NCBI RefSeq assembly: GCF_039654945.1
Contig: NW_027361678.1
Coordinates: 14,880,001-14,944,000, forward strand
From: Dendrobates tinctorius
Taxonomy: Eukaryota
Length of the DNA stretch: 64,000 nucleotides
Direction: 5' to 3'
Shown in pieces: positions 1 to 19,800 of the stretch (position 1 is the first letter of the stretch; the number at the start of each line of letters is the position of its first letter). Below the pieces are notes generated by a model that saw nothing but the letters and a program-made list of their open reading frames with translations, ran no database searches and was not told the origin of the DNA. The translations under genes and the position numbers were made by a program.

Positions 1-933
1 CACTTTCTTGCTCTCTGCTCCGCCTTTTCTGCCTCCTCCACTTTCTTGCCCTCTGCTCCTCCTTTTCTGCCTCCTCCACTTTCTTGCTCTCTGCTCCTCC
101 TTTTCTGCCTCCTCCACTTTCTTGCTCTCTGCTCCTCCTTTTCTGCCTCCTCCACTTTCTTGCTCTCTGCTCCTCCTTTTCTGCCTCCTCCACTTTCTTG
201 CTCTCTGCTCCTCCTTTTCTGCCTCCTCCACTTTCTTGCTCTCTGCTCCTCCTTTTCTGCCTCCTCCACTTTCTTGCTCTCTGCTCCTCCTTTTCTGCCT
301 CCTCCACTTTCTTGCTCTCTGCTCCTCCTTCTCTGCCTCCTCCACTTTCTTGCTCTCTGCTCCTCCTTTTCTGCCTCCTCCACTTTCTTGCTCTCTGCTC
401 CTCCTTTTCTGCTTCCTCCACTTTCTTGCTCTCTGCTCCGCCTTTTCTGCCTCCTCCACTTTCTTGCTCTCTGCTCCGCCTTTTCTGCCTCCTCCACTTT
501 CTTGCTCTCTGCTCCGCCTTTTCTGCCTCCTCCACTTTCTTGCCCTCTGCTCCTCCTTTTCTGCCTCCTCCACTTTCTTGCTCTCTGCTCCTCCTTTTCT
601 GCCTCCTCCACTTTCTTGCTCTCTGCTCCTCCTTTTCTGCCTCCTCCACTTTCTTGCTCTCTGCTCCTCCTTTTCTGCCTCCTCCACTTTCTTGCTCTCT
701 GCTCCTCCTTTTCTGCCTCCTCCACTTTCTTGCTCTCTGCTCCTCCTTTTCTGCCTCCTCCACTTTCTTGCTCTCTGCTCCTCCTTTTCTGCCTCCTCCA
801 CTTTCCCGCTCTCTGCTCCTCCTTTTCTGCCTCCTCCACTTTCCCGCTCTCTGCTCCTCCTTTTCTGCCTCCTCCACTTTCCCGCTATCTGCTCCTCCTT
901 CTCTGCCTCCTCCACTTTCCCGCTCTCTGCTCT
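1..933. repeat. 38-bp pyrimidine-rich minisatellite (CACTTTCTTGCTCTCTGCTCCTCCTTTTCTGCCTCCTC), about 24 copies, in a NEK9 intron
   Basis: Direct tandem repeat; explains the three overlapping low-complexity ORFs at 8-1029. Confidence 0.95.
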
Positions 934-1053
934 CCCTTTGCTACCACCAGTGTCACCTTTGGGTTGGGGAGTATAATGGAGTGTGGAAGTTGTCACCAGT
1001 GGGTTGAGGCTGTAATGCTCTGCAGCTAGTAACCCTTTCTTCCCGCCGTGCAG

Positions 1054-8737
<7,684 letters not shown>

Positions 8738-8954
8738 TTTCTGCAACGCAGCCAGTTCCTGTTATAAATGAAAAGACTTGTCAGTGCCTTATCTGAGCAC
8801 AGCGTCTCCATGTGCCTGTGGGGATTATTGCCAGACTGGACAGTTTCTGCACGCCAAAGATCTACAGGCTAAAGTGAATGTGGGCACTGCCAGGGTCGGC
8901 GTATGGGCAGCAGTATTCAGCCACGCTCCGGGCCCACCTCGCACTAAATGTGAA

Positions 8955-8960
8955 ATTAAA
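8955..8960 (+). terminator. Probable NEK9 polyadenylation signal (ATTAAA)
   Basis: ATTAAA about 220 nt after the stop and just before repeat sequence. Confidence 0.5.
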
Positions 8961-8999
8961 CACTGTTTAAAGCTAAGCCCGTGTGCCACATAACGTACC

Positions 9000-9440
9000 G
9001 CCCTTGTGTCCCATACTACAGAAAGTAAGTGCCCCCCCATATATGCTACCATTGTATACTCTGTGCACCACCATTGTACACCCTAAGCACCACACTACAG
9101 AAAGTGCCCCATGTGCCATCGTACACCCTGAGCATCACACTACAGAAGGTAAGTGCACCCTCCCATGTGCTACCATCGTACACTGTGAGCACCACCAGTG
9201 TGTCCCATACTACAGAAAGTGCCTCCCATGTAACACCATCGTATAATGTAGCATGAGCTCTACCAGTGTGCCCCATACTACAGAAAGTAAGGGCCTCCCA
9301 TGTGCCACCATCATACACCCTGACTGAGCTCCACCAGTGTTCCCCCATATTATGGAAAGTAAGTGCCCCCCATGTGCCATCATGCACTCTGAGTACCACC
9401 AGTCCCATACTACGGAAAGTAAGTGCCCTCCATGTGCCAC
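9000..9440. repeat. Degenerate minisatellite (CCCATACTACAGAAAGTAAGTGCCCCCCATGTG), with one more unit near 14720-14780
   Basis: Recurring motif; the array appears split by the LINE and MITE insertions. Confidence 0.75.
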
Positions 9441-9442
9441 TA

Positions 9443-12400
9443 TTAATAATAATAATCTTTATATAGCGCCAACATATTCCACAGCGCTTTACAGTTGAAC
9501 AGTTTCAAACACAAGTGATAAGTAACAACGTTAACAATACAATAATTAAAGCGACATAAGATGACCCTGCTCGTGGGAGCTTACAATCTACAATGAGGTG
9601 GGGGAGATACAAAGCACAGGTTTGTATTTACAATGATGGTCCAGCCATCTTCAGGGGGTGGGGGTTAGATGGAGATAGTGAATGGGCTACACACACACAA
9701 ACATAAAATGACTGATTACTGAATGTGATAGGCCGCTCTGAACAAATGTGTTTTGAGCGAGCGCCTAATACTATGCAAATTGTGGATGGTCCTAATATCT
9801 TGGGGTAGAGCATTCCAGAGGATTGGCGCAGCACGGGTGAAGTCTTGGAGTCGGGAGTGGGAGGTACGGATTAGGGCAGAGGTTAGTCGAAAGTCATTTG
9901 CAGAGCGCAACGGTCGGTTAGGCCGATAGACAGAAATGAGGGAGGAGATGTAAGGGGGTGCCGCACTGTGGAGAGCTTTGTGGGTGAGAACAAGTACTTT
10001 GAATTGTATCCTGTAATGAATGGGCAGCCAGTGTAATGACTGACGAAGAGGGGACGCGTCCGAGTAACGATTAGCCAGATGGACAACCCTGGCTGCTGCA
10101 TTAAGGATGGACTGGAGAGGGGAGAGTCGAGTGAGGGGGAGGCCAATTAATAGAGCGTTACAGTAGTCCAGGCGGGAGTGGATCAGGGCGACAGTGAGGG
10201 GTTTTTGTTGTTTCCATGGTGAGAAAAGGGCGGATTCTAGAGATGTTCTTTAGGTGTAAGCGGCACGAGCGGGCTAGAGATTGTATATGGGAGGTGAAGG
10301 AGAGATCGGAGTCAAACATAACACCCAGACAGCGCGCCTGCTGTCGGGGTATTATTATGATGCCACCACCCACGGAGAGGGAAATGTCAGATTTAGGGAG
10401 GTTAGTAGATGGTGGGAGCAGAAGAAGTTCAGTTTTGGAGAGGCTGAGTTTCAGATAGAGAGCAGACATGATGTTGGAGACTGCAGACAGTCAGTCAGTG
10501 GCGTTCTGTAGTACAGCGGAAGTAAGGTCAGGGGATGATGTGTATAGTTGTGGGTCATCAGCATAAAGATGGTACTGAAAGCCAAATCTGCTGATGGTCT
10601 GTCCAATTGGGGCCGTGTAGAGAGAGAAGAGAAGGGGGCCAAGGACTGAGCCCTGAGGTACCCCGACAGTGAGAGGAAGAGGAGATGAAGTGGAGCCAGA
10701 AAACAGAACACTGAATGAGCGGTCAGAAAGATAGGAGGAGAACCAGGAAAGAGCAGTGTCCTTAATGCCTAGTGACTGGAGCCTAGAGAGTAGGAGAGGG
10801 TGGTCAACAGTGTTGAAAGCTGCAGAAAGGTCGAGAAGAATGAGCAGAGAGTGGTCACCATTACGTTTTGCTGTCAGAAGGTCATTGGTCACTTTGATGA
10901 GTGCAGTTTCTGTCGAATGTAGGGGGCGGAAACTGGACTGTGAAGGGTCTAGGAGGGAGTGAGTGGAGAGGTAACGGGTAAGGCGGGAGTATATCAGGCG
11001 CTCCAAGAGTTTAGAGATGAAGGGGAGACTGGTCTGTAGTTGTTTAGCAGGATGGGTCGAGGGTGGGTTTCTTTAGTAATGGAGTAATGATAGAGTGTTT
11101 GAAGGAGGAGGGGAAAATGCCAGAGGAGAGGGAGAGATTAAAGATTGTAGTTAGGTGAGTTGTGACGACTGGAGGAGATGTGAGGGAATGGGGTCGGTTG
11201 TGCATGTAGTCAGAAGAGGAGAGGTGCCTGGAGACGACTTCTTCTGTGATGGGATCGAATGTGGAGAGTGAGTCAGGGGAAATGCAGGGAGGGATGGGAG
11301 TCACTGAACTTGGTGATTGGGAGCGGATTTCCTGACGGATATTGTCTATTTTCTCTATAAAGTGGGAGGCCATGTCATCAGCGCAAATGTCTGTGATAGG
11401 GGCTTGTGCTTTTGGCCTGAGGAGGGAGTGAAAGGTGTCAAAAAGTTTATTGGGGTTGTTGGATAGTGAGATCAGGGTGGTGAAGTAGGTCTGTTTGGCG
11501 AGGTGAAGGGCAGAGTTATATGTCCTTAACATAAATTTGAAGTGTATGAAGTCTTCTGGTGTGTGTGTTTTCCTCCATAAGCGTTCAGCACACCTAGAGC
11601 ATCGCTGGAGAAATCGGGTTTGCGATGTGAGCCAGGGCTGTTTCACTCTGTGTTTGGAGGTTCTGAGGGTGAGGGGAGCTACTTGGTCAAGGGTGCTTCT
11701 AAGAGTGTCATTGAAGTGATGTACAGCCAAATCAGGACAGGAAAAAGAAGAGATTGGGGACAATGATGAGTGTAGGGAGTCTGAAAGTGTATGAGGATTA
11801 ATGGTTTGTAGATTTCTGACTGAATGGTAGGTAGGAGGGTGCTGGGGTGAGCGATGATTTGTGAGTGTAAAGGAGAGAATGTTGTGGTCAGAGAGGGGAA
11901 GCGGTGAGTTATCTAGGTAGGAGATTGAGCAGAGCCGGGCGAAAACCAGGTCCAGGGTGTTACCGTCTTTGTGTGTTTCAGAGGTTGGGAGCTGTGAGAG
12001 GCCTAGAGAAGTGGTTAGTGATAGAAGCTGGGATGCAGATGTGGAAGTGGGGCTGTTAGGCCATGTGCACACGATGCAGATTTGCAGCGTTTCCGCAGCG
12101 GATTTTACCGCGCAGAAACGTTGCATATCCGCATTGTGATGTACAGTACCTTTAAAATGAATGAAAAAAAAAAAACGCTGTGCAGACGCTGCAGATTTTT
12201 CCGCGCGGTTTTCCTGCGGTACAAAATCCGCAGCATGTTACTTTTGTGCGGTTTTCTATCTCCCCTGTTACCAAATCCGCAGGGGGAAGACCGCAATGGA
12301 AAACCGCACAAAAACCGCATGAAAACCGCGTGAAAAATGGAAGAAATCCGCAGGAAAAATGCAGGTCATTTGACCTGCGGTTTTCTTCCATTCTGCACGG

Positions 12401-13260
12401 AAAAATCCGCAGGGCTCAAAACTCCGTCTGCACTCAGCCTCAATGGGGATGTTGAAGTCTCCCAGGATAAGGGATGGTAGTTCTGAGGACATGAAGTGCG
12501 GCAGCCAGGCAGAGAAATGGTCCAGGAAGTGGGTGGGTGAGCCTGGGGGTCGGTATATGACCGCTACTCTGAGGGAGAGGGGACAAAAGAGCCTGATGGT
12601 GTGGACTTGAAAAGAAGGGAATGAGAGTGATGGTACTTGGGGGATGACCTGGAAAGTGCATTGTGGGGACATGAGTATGCCGACTCCACCACCAGGTCTG
12701 TTTGTCGGTCTCGGGGAATGGAAGAATTGTAAGCCACCATGGGAAATGGCAGCAGGAGAGACAGTGTCAGAATCCTGAATCCAGGTTTCCGTGAGGGCCA
12801 ACAGATTCATAGAGTTTTTCAGAAAGTAATTGTGTAGGAAATGAAGCTTGTTGCATACAGACCGTGGATTCCAAAGGGCACAATTAAAAAAAGGAGATGA
12901 AGGAGTGCAAATAATATTAGTAAGATTATTAAGGTTTCGATGTGAGGTAGGGTAGGGATTGAGGTTGGGGGAGATGTCCCCTGAAATCAGTAGGAGCAGG
13001 AAGATAATGAGCAAGTAGTTTATGGAATTGTATGAAGATTGTTTGGGCAAGATGGGCTGAGGTTTTTCAAGAAGGTGAGAAGTGCATGGGAGCTGTACAT
13101 GGGAGAAGGAAAGAGAGAGGAGCTGATGTATATGAGTCGTGATGGAGGGGGGATTGGTTGGTGAAAGTGGATTGCAAGAGAACATAGGAGGATAGGAATA
13201 AAGCACATGGATATAAGGGACAGCAGAGTGTGGGTTACCTGACTCCTGCCCTGACTAACT
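9443..13260 (-). mobile_element. L2/CR1-type non-LTR retrotransposon (APE endonuclease plus RT), frameshifted
   Basis: Minus ORFs give ALWNPRSV..LALTETW..LGDFNI (APE) and [30 protein letters not shown] (RT); 3' (ATT)n tail at 9443-9456. Confidence 0.93.
12059..12439. mobile_element. PIF/Harbinger-like MITE inserted in the LINE endonuclease
   Basis: GGCCATGTGCACACG...CGTCTGCACTCAGCC inverted termini with TTA/TCA flanks; LINE sequence resumes on both sides. Confidence 0.75.
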
Positions 13261-13454
13261 GCCATGTAATAACTGCTGTATCACGACGCTTATCTTCGTG
13301 ACGCTTTGCTTCTGTGATGCGTGCACCCCTAAGGATGGTTCTAAATTTATAGTCCAGACTGCAGGGTCAGAAGAGATGGATTGTGGGAACAGGTTGAGGA
13401 TAATTTGCCAGCTGGGGTCAGCACACCAGGGTTTTTCTTTTTTGGATGATCAAA

Positions 13455-14088
13455 GGCTACTTTCACACTTGCTTTGTTTTGCAGCGCGTTTTTCCCGCAA
13501 AAAAACGCATACAAATGCTGCGTTTTTTATGAGCATGCATGAAAAAAACGCAGCGTTTTTATGCGTTTTTACCGCGTTTGCGTTTTTTTCCAGCATTAGT
13601 TGGCCCCTCACACTAACCCAAACCCTTAACCAAACCATACCCTAACCCTTAACCAAACTATACTAACCCTAACCAAACCCTACTAACCCTAACCCTTAAC
13701 CAAACCATACCCTAACCCCCAACTCTAACCCAAACCCCTAATTTCCATTGTCTAATGGTCAACCAAAAAACGCATGCGCAAAAAGACGCATACATGAGCA
13801 TGCCAATGCGCATATATGCGCACCCATAGACTTATAATGGGTGTCTTGCTGTAAAAAAACGCATTGCGCACGCATGCGTTTTTTTGAGGCAAGTCGGACA
13901 CCCAAAAAATGCAACAGGATGCATTTTGTGCGCCCGAGCGCACACCACAAAAAAACGCATGCGCGTAAAACGCATACAAACACGTATGCGCACATAAGCG
14001 CATCCCATGCAAAACATAGGGGAAAAAAACGCATGCGTTTTTTAGCGCTAAAATACAGCGCAAAAAAAACGCAAGTGTGAAACCAGCC
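13455..14088. mobile_element. PIF/Harbinger-like MITE with an internal (CCCTAA)-like array
   Basis: AAA|GGCTACTTTCACACTTGC...GCAAGTGTGAAACCAGCC|AAA (3-bp TSD). Confidence 0.85.
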
Positions 14089-14212
14089 AAAGACATTCAG
14101 CCTGGCAACATCTATTTTAACACCTCCACCAGATAAGATCTACACTGATCCCAGTCATGGTTATGCAACAGTGAGTTTTAAGTACAATGCACCAAATGAT
14201 TTATAACAATGA

Positions 14213-14544
14213 GGCTGTGTGCACACGGTGCGGTTTCTGCTGCGTTTCCGCAGCGGTTTTGCCCCTGCGGAAACGCAGCAGTTCCGCTGACCAAGTACAG
14301 TACAATGAAACCCTATGGGGCTTCAAAAACGCTGTGCTGACGGTGCGTTTTTTTCCGCGCGGTTTTGCTGCGGTTTACAAACCGCAGCATGTCAATTGTT
14401 TGTGCTGTTTCCGCAGCGTTTTCATACCTCTACCATAGAGGTGTGAAACCGCAGACCAAACCGCAGGGCAAAACCGCAGGTCACTTTACCTGCGTTTCCG
14501 CGCGGAAAAAAACGCAGCGGAATCCGCAACGTGTGCACTTAGCC
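14213..14544. mobile_element. PIF/Harbinger-like MITE, related to 12059-12439
   Basis: TGA|GGCTGTGTGCACACG...CGTGTGCACTTAGCC|TGA. Confidence 0.85.
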
Positions 14545-14811
14545 TGAATTAGCAGACACATTAAAATATGTTTCTAGATGGTAAAGCAGCAGATGACACA
14601 GCAGACAGCAAGCAGAGGTGGGAATTTTTACCATAACAGTCTACTGCAACAGATGAGACAGCAATCAGAGGTGAGAAGTTGTACCATTTGAATATGTTGC
14701 AGAAGACAGCAAGCAACAGCACTATTGTACACCCTGCGCTCCATAGTGTACAGAAAGTAAGTGCCCCCCATGTTCTCCATTCTATGCAACAGAGCACAGG
14801 ACAAAGAAATG

Positions 14812-14982
14812 CATGCTATGATCGCATTGGTCAGGGTCGCAGCCGAGCTCCTGCAGATGCTATGATCAGCCGCATGGGTCGGGATCGCAGCCGTGCTCCT
14901 GCAGATGCTATGATCGGACGCATGGGTCGGGATCGCGGTCGGGCTCCTCCAGATGCTATGATCGGACGCAATGGGTCGGGGT
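14812..14982. repeat. 39-bp tandem repeat, about 4 copies
   Basis: GATGCTATGATC...GGGTCGGGATCGC units. Confidence 0.75.
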
Positions 14983-15750
14983 AGCAGCAGGGCTTCCGCA
15001 GACGTTTTGATCGGCCGCATTAGTGAGGGTTGATTTGTGCGGCACGCTGTGGTTGTGCCCAGTATACTAAACCTCAGCTTGCCCTGGACCACAGTACACC
15101 TGCACATACCCAGCCTAACATGGAGGTCTAGTAACCACCAGTGTGTCTCAGCTGCAGCTAATCATCACTTCTTACAGGACATGGTGTCTGACCATTGGAA
15201 CCAGCTTCTCACCCGTTCGGCAGGCGAAGTATTGCATAGATTCAGCTATGGCACTGCACAGAGACGATAAATAAAACCTATACTGCTTGCATAGCCCCGG
15301 CCTTAGACCCCTGTCACTCGGCTGCAGTTTTTATTAAAAAAAAAAAAGGAAACCTTGCCTTAGCTGGTATTGTCTCGGCGCTGCAGCCAATCGGTGAGCT
15401 AAACAGCTCTGTGTTGATGAGCTAACTGATTTGCTGTATCGCTGAGACAATGCCAGTCACCGGGAGCAGGGTAAAGTGGGGTAAAGTCAATTTTTAAAAA
15501 AAAAAAAAAGCTGAGGGACTGCGGCCTTATTGGCTTTGGTGGGGTCTTGCTGGAGTAGCAGATACAGTCACGCTTTACATGGACAAGTGGGGTTTGGCAC
15601 CTTGCACTACCCAACGTCTCCTGCGTGAGCGCTGCCCGCTTCTAACAGCAGTGTGATGTTCTGTACAGGTCGACTATCACTCCTCAGCTCCAAACACAGG
15701 TCGCACCATGTGTTACATTGAAAAAAAGACATACTGCTAGAAGTCTGAAG

Positions 15751-16061
15751 TAGAGTTGAGCGACTTTAGTCGGATCGGGTTTCATGAAACAAAATTCGTT
15801 TCAGACAAAACTGGTCCGACTAGGGCAAAAAAAGTCGGAGTTTCGTCCGAAATCCAACCCCAATGCAAGTCAATGGGAAATAAAAGTCAGCATTGAGCGG
15901 ATGACATTCATCCACTCAATGCCGACGTTTATTCCCCACTGACTTGCATTGGGGTCGGATTTTGGACGAAACTCCGACTTTTTTTGCCCTAGTCGGACCA
16001 GTTTCATCTGAAACGAATTTTGTTTCATGAAACCCAATCCGACTAAAGTCGCTCAACTCTA
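15751..16061. mobile_element. Fully palindromic 311-bp hAT MITE
   Basis: 8-bp TSD GTCTGAAG (15743-15750 and 16062-16069); termini TAGAGTTGAGCG/CGCTCAACTCTA; arms of about 145 bp are near-perfect inverted repeats. Confidence 0.92.
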
Positions 16062-16226
16062 GTCTGAAGACGTTCAGGAACTGCAGCCACTGCTCAGTAG
16101 ATGCACCGCGGCTGCTGGACATGACAGAGCCTTGTCTGGATGCTGTGTGATGCCCTCTACAGTCCTGAGAAAGTAACTGATACTATACAGCCTACTCCAG
16201 GCGGCCTCGCTCTCCTCGTACCTGTG

Positions 16227-19200
16227 TCAGAGGCGGCGGGATGGTGGAGGCCGAGGTTTGCTTCTAATTGTCTCACACTTGGGAATATGTCGTTCAGCTG
16301 CACGTGGAGCAAAGCGCCGGCTGCAGTGAGGACACGACACATAATCGGGGTTCTCCTCGGGAGGAGGAGGAGGAAGGTCAGATATCCTTCCACCTTTGGC
16401 AATAACATCCTGCACTACCCGTGCCTGACGGATTGTCCTCAGGAAAGACTCGTGCTTCTGGCGCCAAGAGTTATCCCTCACCTGTGAAAAGAGAAACATG
16501 GACATAGGAGGAGGTGAAAAGGCAAATATGAGACTAGTGAGCTGTCAGGAATTAATAGGTCAAGGAGAGAAGGTGCAAGAAAAAGAGAATGCAGGAGGTG
16601 AAGAGGGGAGATGCAAGAGATGAGTAGACAAGGAAAGAAGGTGCAAGAAAGTAAGGAGTTGAGTAGATGAAATACAGTCATGGCCAAAAGTTTTGAGAAT
16701 GACACAAATATTAATTTTTACAAAGTCTACTGCTTCATTTTTTCTAATGGCAATTTGCATATACTCCAGAATGTTATAAAGAGTGATCAGCTTAACAGCA
16801 ATTACTTGCAAAGTCAATATTTGCCTAGAAAATGAACTTTATCCCCCAAAACACATTTCAACATCATTGCAGCCCTGCCTTAAAAGGACCAGCTAACATC
16901 GTTTCAGTGATTGCTCCATTAACACAGGTGTGGGTGTTGATGAGGACAGGGCTGGAGATCTGTCATGATTAAGTAAGAATGACACCACTGGACACTTTAA
17001 AAGGAGGCTGGTGCTTGGCATCATTGTTTCTCTTCTGTTAACCATGGTTATCTCTAAAGAAACACATGCAGTCATCATTGCACTGCACAAAAATGGCCTA
17101 ATAGGGAAGAGTATCGCAGCTAGAAAGATTGCACCTCAGTCAACAATCTATCGCATCATCAAGAACTTCAAGGAGAGAGGTTCCCTTGTTGCCAAAAAGG
17201 CTCCAGGGCGCCCAAGAAAGACCAGCAAGCGCCAGGACTGTCTCTTAAAAGTGTTTCAGCTGCGGGATCGGGCTACCAGCAGTGCAGAGCTTGCTCAGGA
17301 ATGGCAGCAGGCAGGTGTGAGTGCATCTGCACGCGCTGTGAGGCGGAGACTCTTGGAGCAAGGCCTGGTCTTAAGGAGGGCAGCAAAGAAGCCACTTCTC
17401 TCCAGGAAAAACATCATGGACAGACTGATATTCTGCAAGAGATACAGGGAGTGGACTGCTGAGGACTGGGGTAAAGTCATTTTCTCTGATAAATCCCCTT
17501 TTCGATTGTTTGGGACATCTGGAAAACGGCTTATTCGGAGAAGACCAGGTGAGCTCTACCACCAGTCTTGTCTCATGCCAACTGTCAAGCATCCTGAAAC
17601 CATTCATGTGTGGGGTTGCTTCTCAGCCAAGGGAATGGGCTCTCTCTCAGTCTTGCCTAAAAACACAGCCATGAATAAAGAATGGTACCAGAATGTCCTC
17701 CAAGAGCAACTTCTCCCAACCGTCCAAGAGCAGTTTGGCGATCAACAATACCTTTTTCAACATGATGGAGCACCTTGCCATAAAGCAAAGGTGATAACTA
17801 AATGGCTCAGGGAACAAAACATAGAGATTTTGGGACCGTGGCCTGGAAACTCCCCAGATCTTAATCCCATTGAGAACTTGTGGTCAATCATCAAGAGACG
17901 GGTGGACAAACAAAAACCTTCAAATTCAGACAAAATAAAAGCATTGATTTTGCAAGAATGGTCTGCTATCAGTCAGGATTTGATCCAGAAGTTGATTGAG
18001 AGCATGCCAGGGAGAATTGCTGAGGTCCTGAAGAAGAAGGGTCAACACTGCAAATATTGACTTGCTGCATTAACTCATTCTAACTGTCAATATAACCTTT
18101 TGTTACTCATAATATGATTGCAATTATATTTCTGTATGTGATAAAAACATCTGACAAACACACATAAAAACCAGAGGCCAGCAGATCATGTGAAAATATA
18201 TTTGTGTCATTCTCAAACCTTTTGGCCATGACTGTACAGGAGGTGAAAAGGAGGAGAGATGCAAAGATGTAAGAGATAAGGACCGAGGGGGCTGACCTGG
18301 GGCATCGGGGAAGTTCGATTCCCTTTTTTGTGCAGATACGGCTCTAGATCTGTTCCTTTGGCTCGGGCCTTGGAGGAGTCAAACACTTTCCTGCTGGAGC
18401 CGTGTGTCTTCTGGCATACCGCAGCATGCTTCTGCAGACGATGCGACATGAAGCGTCGGCCACACAGCTGACATTGGACAAGTGGCTGGCCCGTGTTCTC
18501 AGGGAAGCTTCCATAAAGCAATATCTCCTCATCTACAAGACCAGATGATGGACGTCCTATGTCCTGCACTCCAGGAGCCTCCAGTCTCAGCTGATGAAAT
18601 GTATCTTCAACTTGTGTGACAGCAGGATGGCTCACGCCTCTGCCCCCACCATACTGCTGACGGGACTCTACTATGGAGAGGCCACTGTCCTCCTCAGCCT
18701 TCATCCTGCCCAAGCTGTACTTGTTTATGGAGTGGGCACTGTGCGTTGTGGCCCGCTCCCTGCTTCCACTATACAGGTCTATGGGTGGATAACTGTCTTT
18801 CGTGGCCCTCTCCCTGCCCCCCTTGTAATGTTCTATAGAGAGGGGGTTGATTTTTGTGGCCTTCTCTGTTCTGTCTTTGGTGGCCCTTTTCATGCCTCCG
18901 CTGTCTCCTTCCTCCAGTTTGGTTCTTCTAGACTTCGTCTTGGTGTCTTGGACCTCTCGAGCCTTCCTTTCCTTCCATTCTGACTCTTCCTTTTCCTTCT
19001 GGATGCGCCGCAGTTCTTCCTCTGTTCTGCGCAGCTTTTCTCGCAGTAGAGCCTCTTTCCTGCGAATTTCAGCCTCCAGAATCATCTCACTTTTCTCGAG
19101 TTCTTGCCATTGATCAGGGCGACTTGGTCCTGACTTGGAGCGGACATGCGGCAGTGAGGGTTTGATGCTGGCAGCACTGGCTGATGGACAGCGGTAAACT

Positions 19201-19535
19201 TTGGGTTGCCTGTGGGGATACACGGGCTTTAGCAGGTGCGCTCTGTCTACACCTGCTGTCCTTTTGGTCACAGTCCAGTTTGAAGCCCAAACCTTCTCAT
19301 CAGGAGGCTGCTGGGTTCTGGAGCCAGTGATCCGCTGGGAGATGCGCTCTTGTTGATGCGTCAGCAGTTTTAGCATCTTCTGCTCTTTCTCCCGCAGCGC
19401 TCGCTCCTGGTATTCATTCTTTAACAGCTCCAGTTTAGAGAGAAGTTGGGGACCTTGTCTTGGACAGAGGGGTGACAGCTGACATTCACCCAGGCCCTCA
19501 GCAGACGTGTAGCAAGCCAGCGTTAGTCTCGCCAT
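16227..19535 (-). CDS. ZC2HC1C: Zinc finger C2HC domain-containing protein 1C (FAM164C), about 497 aa
   Basis: Two coding exons, 19535-18297 and 16481-16227, phase 0 GT-AG. Coiled coil plus two C2HC fingers (CQLCGRRF..HAAVC, CPHCSRRF..HIPKC), SSRKVFDSSKARAKGTDL and WRQKHESF; syntenic position between NEK9 and ACYP1. Confidence 0.92.
16675..18234 (+). mobile_element. Tc1/mariner DD35E (Traveler-like) transposon, 1560 bp, in the ZC2HC1C intron
   Basis: TA|CAGTCATGGCCAAAAG...CTTTTGGCCATGACTG|TA; TIR of about 36 bp with 1 mismatch. Confidence 0.95.
17044..18060 (+). CDS. Uninterrupted 338-aa DD35E transposase
   Basis: GRPRK linker; FSD, QHDGAPCH and SPDLNPIE motifs; 35 residues counted between the second D and the E. 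Confidence 0.9.
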   Translation: MVISKETHAVIIALHKNGLIGKSIAARKIAPQSTIYRIIKNFKERGSLVAKKAPGRPRKTSKRQDCLLKVFQLRDRATSSAELAQEWQQAGVSASARAVRRRLLEQGLVLRRAAKKPLLSRKNIMDRLIFCKRYREWTAEDWGKVIFSDKSPFRLFGTSGKRLIRRRPGELYHQSCLMPTVKHPETIHVWGCFSAKGMGSLSVLPKNTAMNKEWYQNVLQEQLLPTVQEQFGDQQYLFQHDGAPCHKAKVITKWLREQNIEILGPWPGNSPDLNPIENLWSIIKRRVDKQKPSNSDKIKALILQEWSAISQDLIQKLIESMPGRIAEVLKKKGQHCKY

Positions 19536-19800
19536 CCTGGAAGGAAGAAGGAAAGGACAGAGAAAAGTCACTATATAGAGCAACCATCCATAAGTGAGTG
19601 GGTAAGGTCAGATCCAGCTTCACACTACACGGGCGGCCCCCAGAACCAGACACCCCCACTACACGGGCCGCCACTAGCTCCCTCTCCCCCAGGACCCCGC
19701 TCCAAATTGCACGGGCCGCCTCCCCCCGGTTCCACACTACACAGGCCGCCCCTGGAACCCTGCTCCCCCCGACAAATGCTGGAGATCTGTGGGCTCTTAC

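Noticed and set aside
8-1029. Three 300+ aa Leu/Ser/Pro ORFs
   Set aside because: Translations of a stop-free 38-bp repeat in all frames
18213-19583. Single-exon 456-aa ZC2HC1C as given by the ORF track
   Set aside because: The ORF runs past the donor at 18296 into intron and TIR; the second zinc finger is in exon 16481-16227, and the upstream extension is intronic
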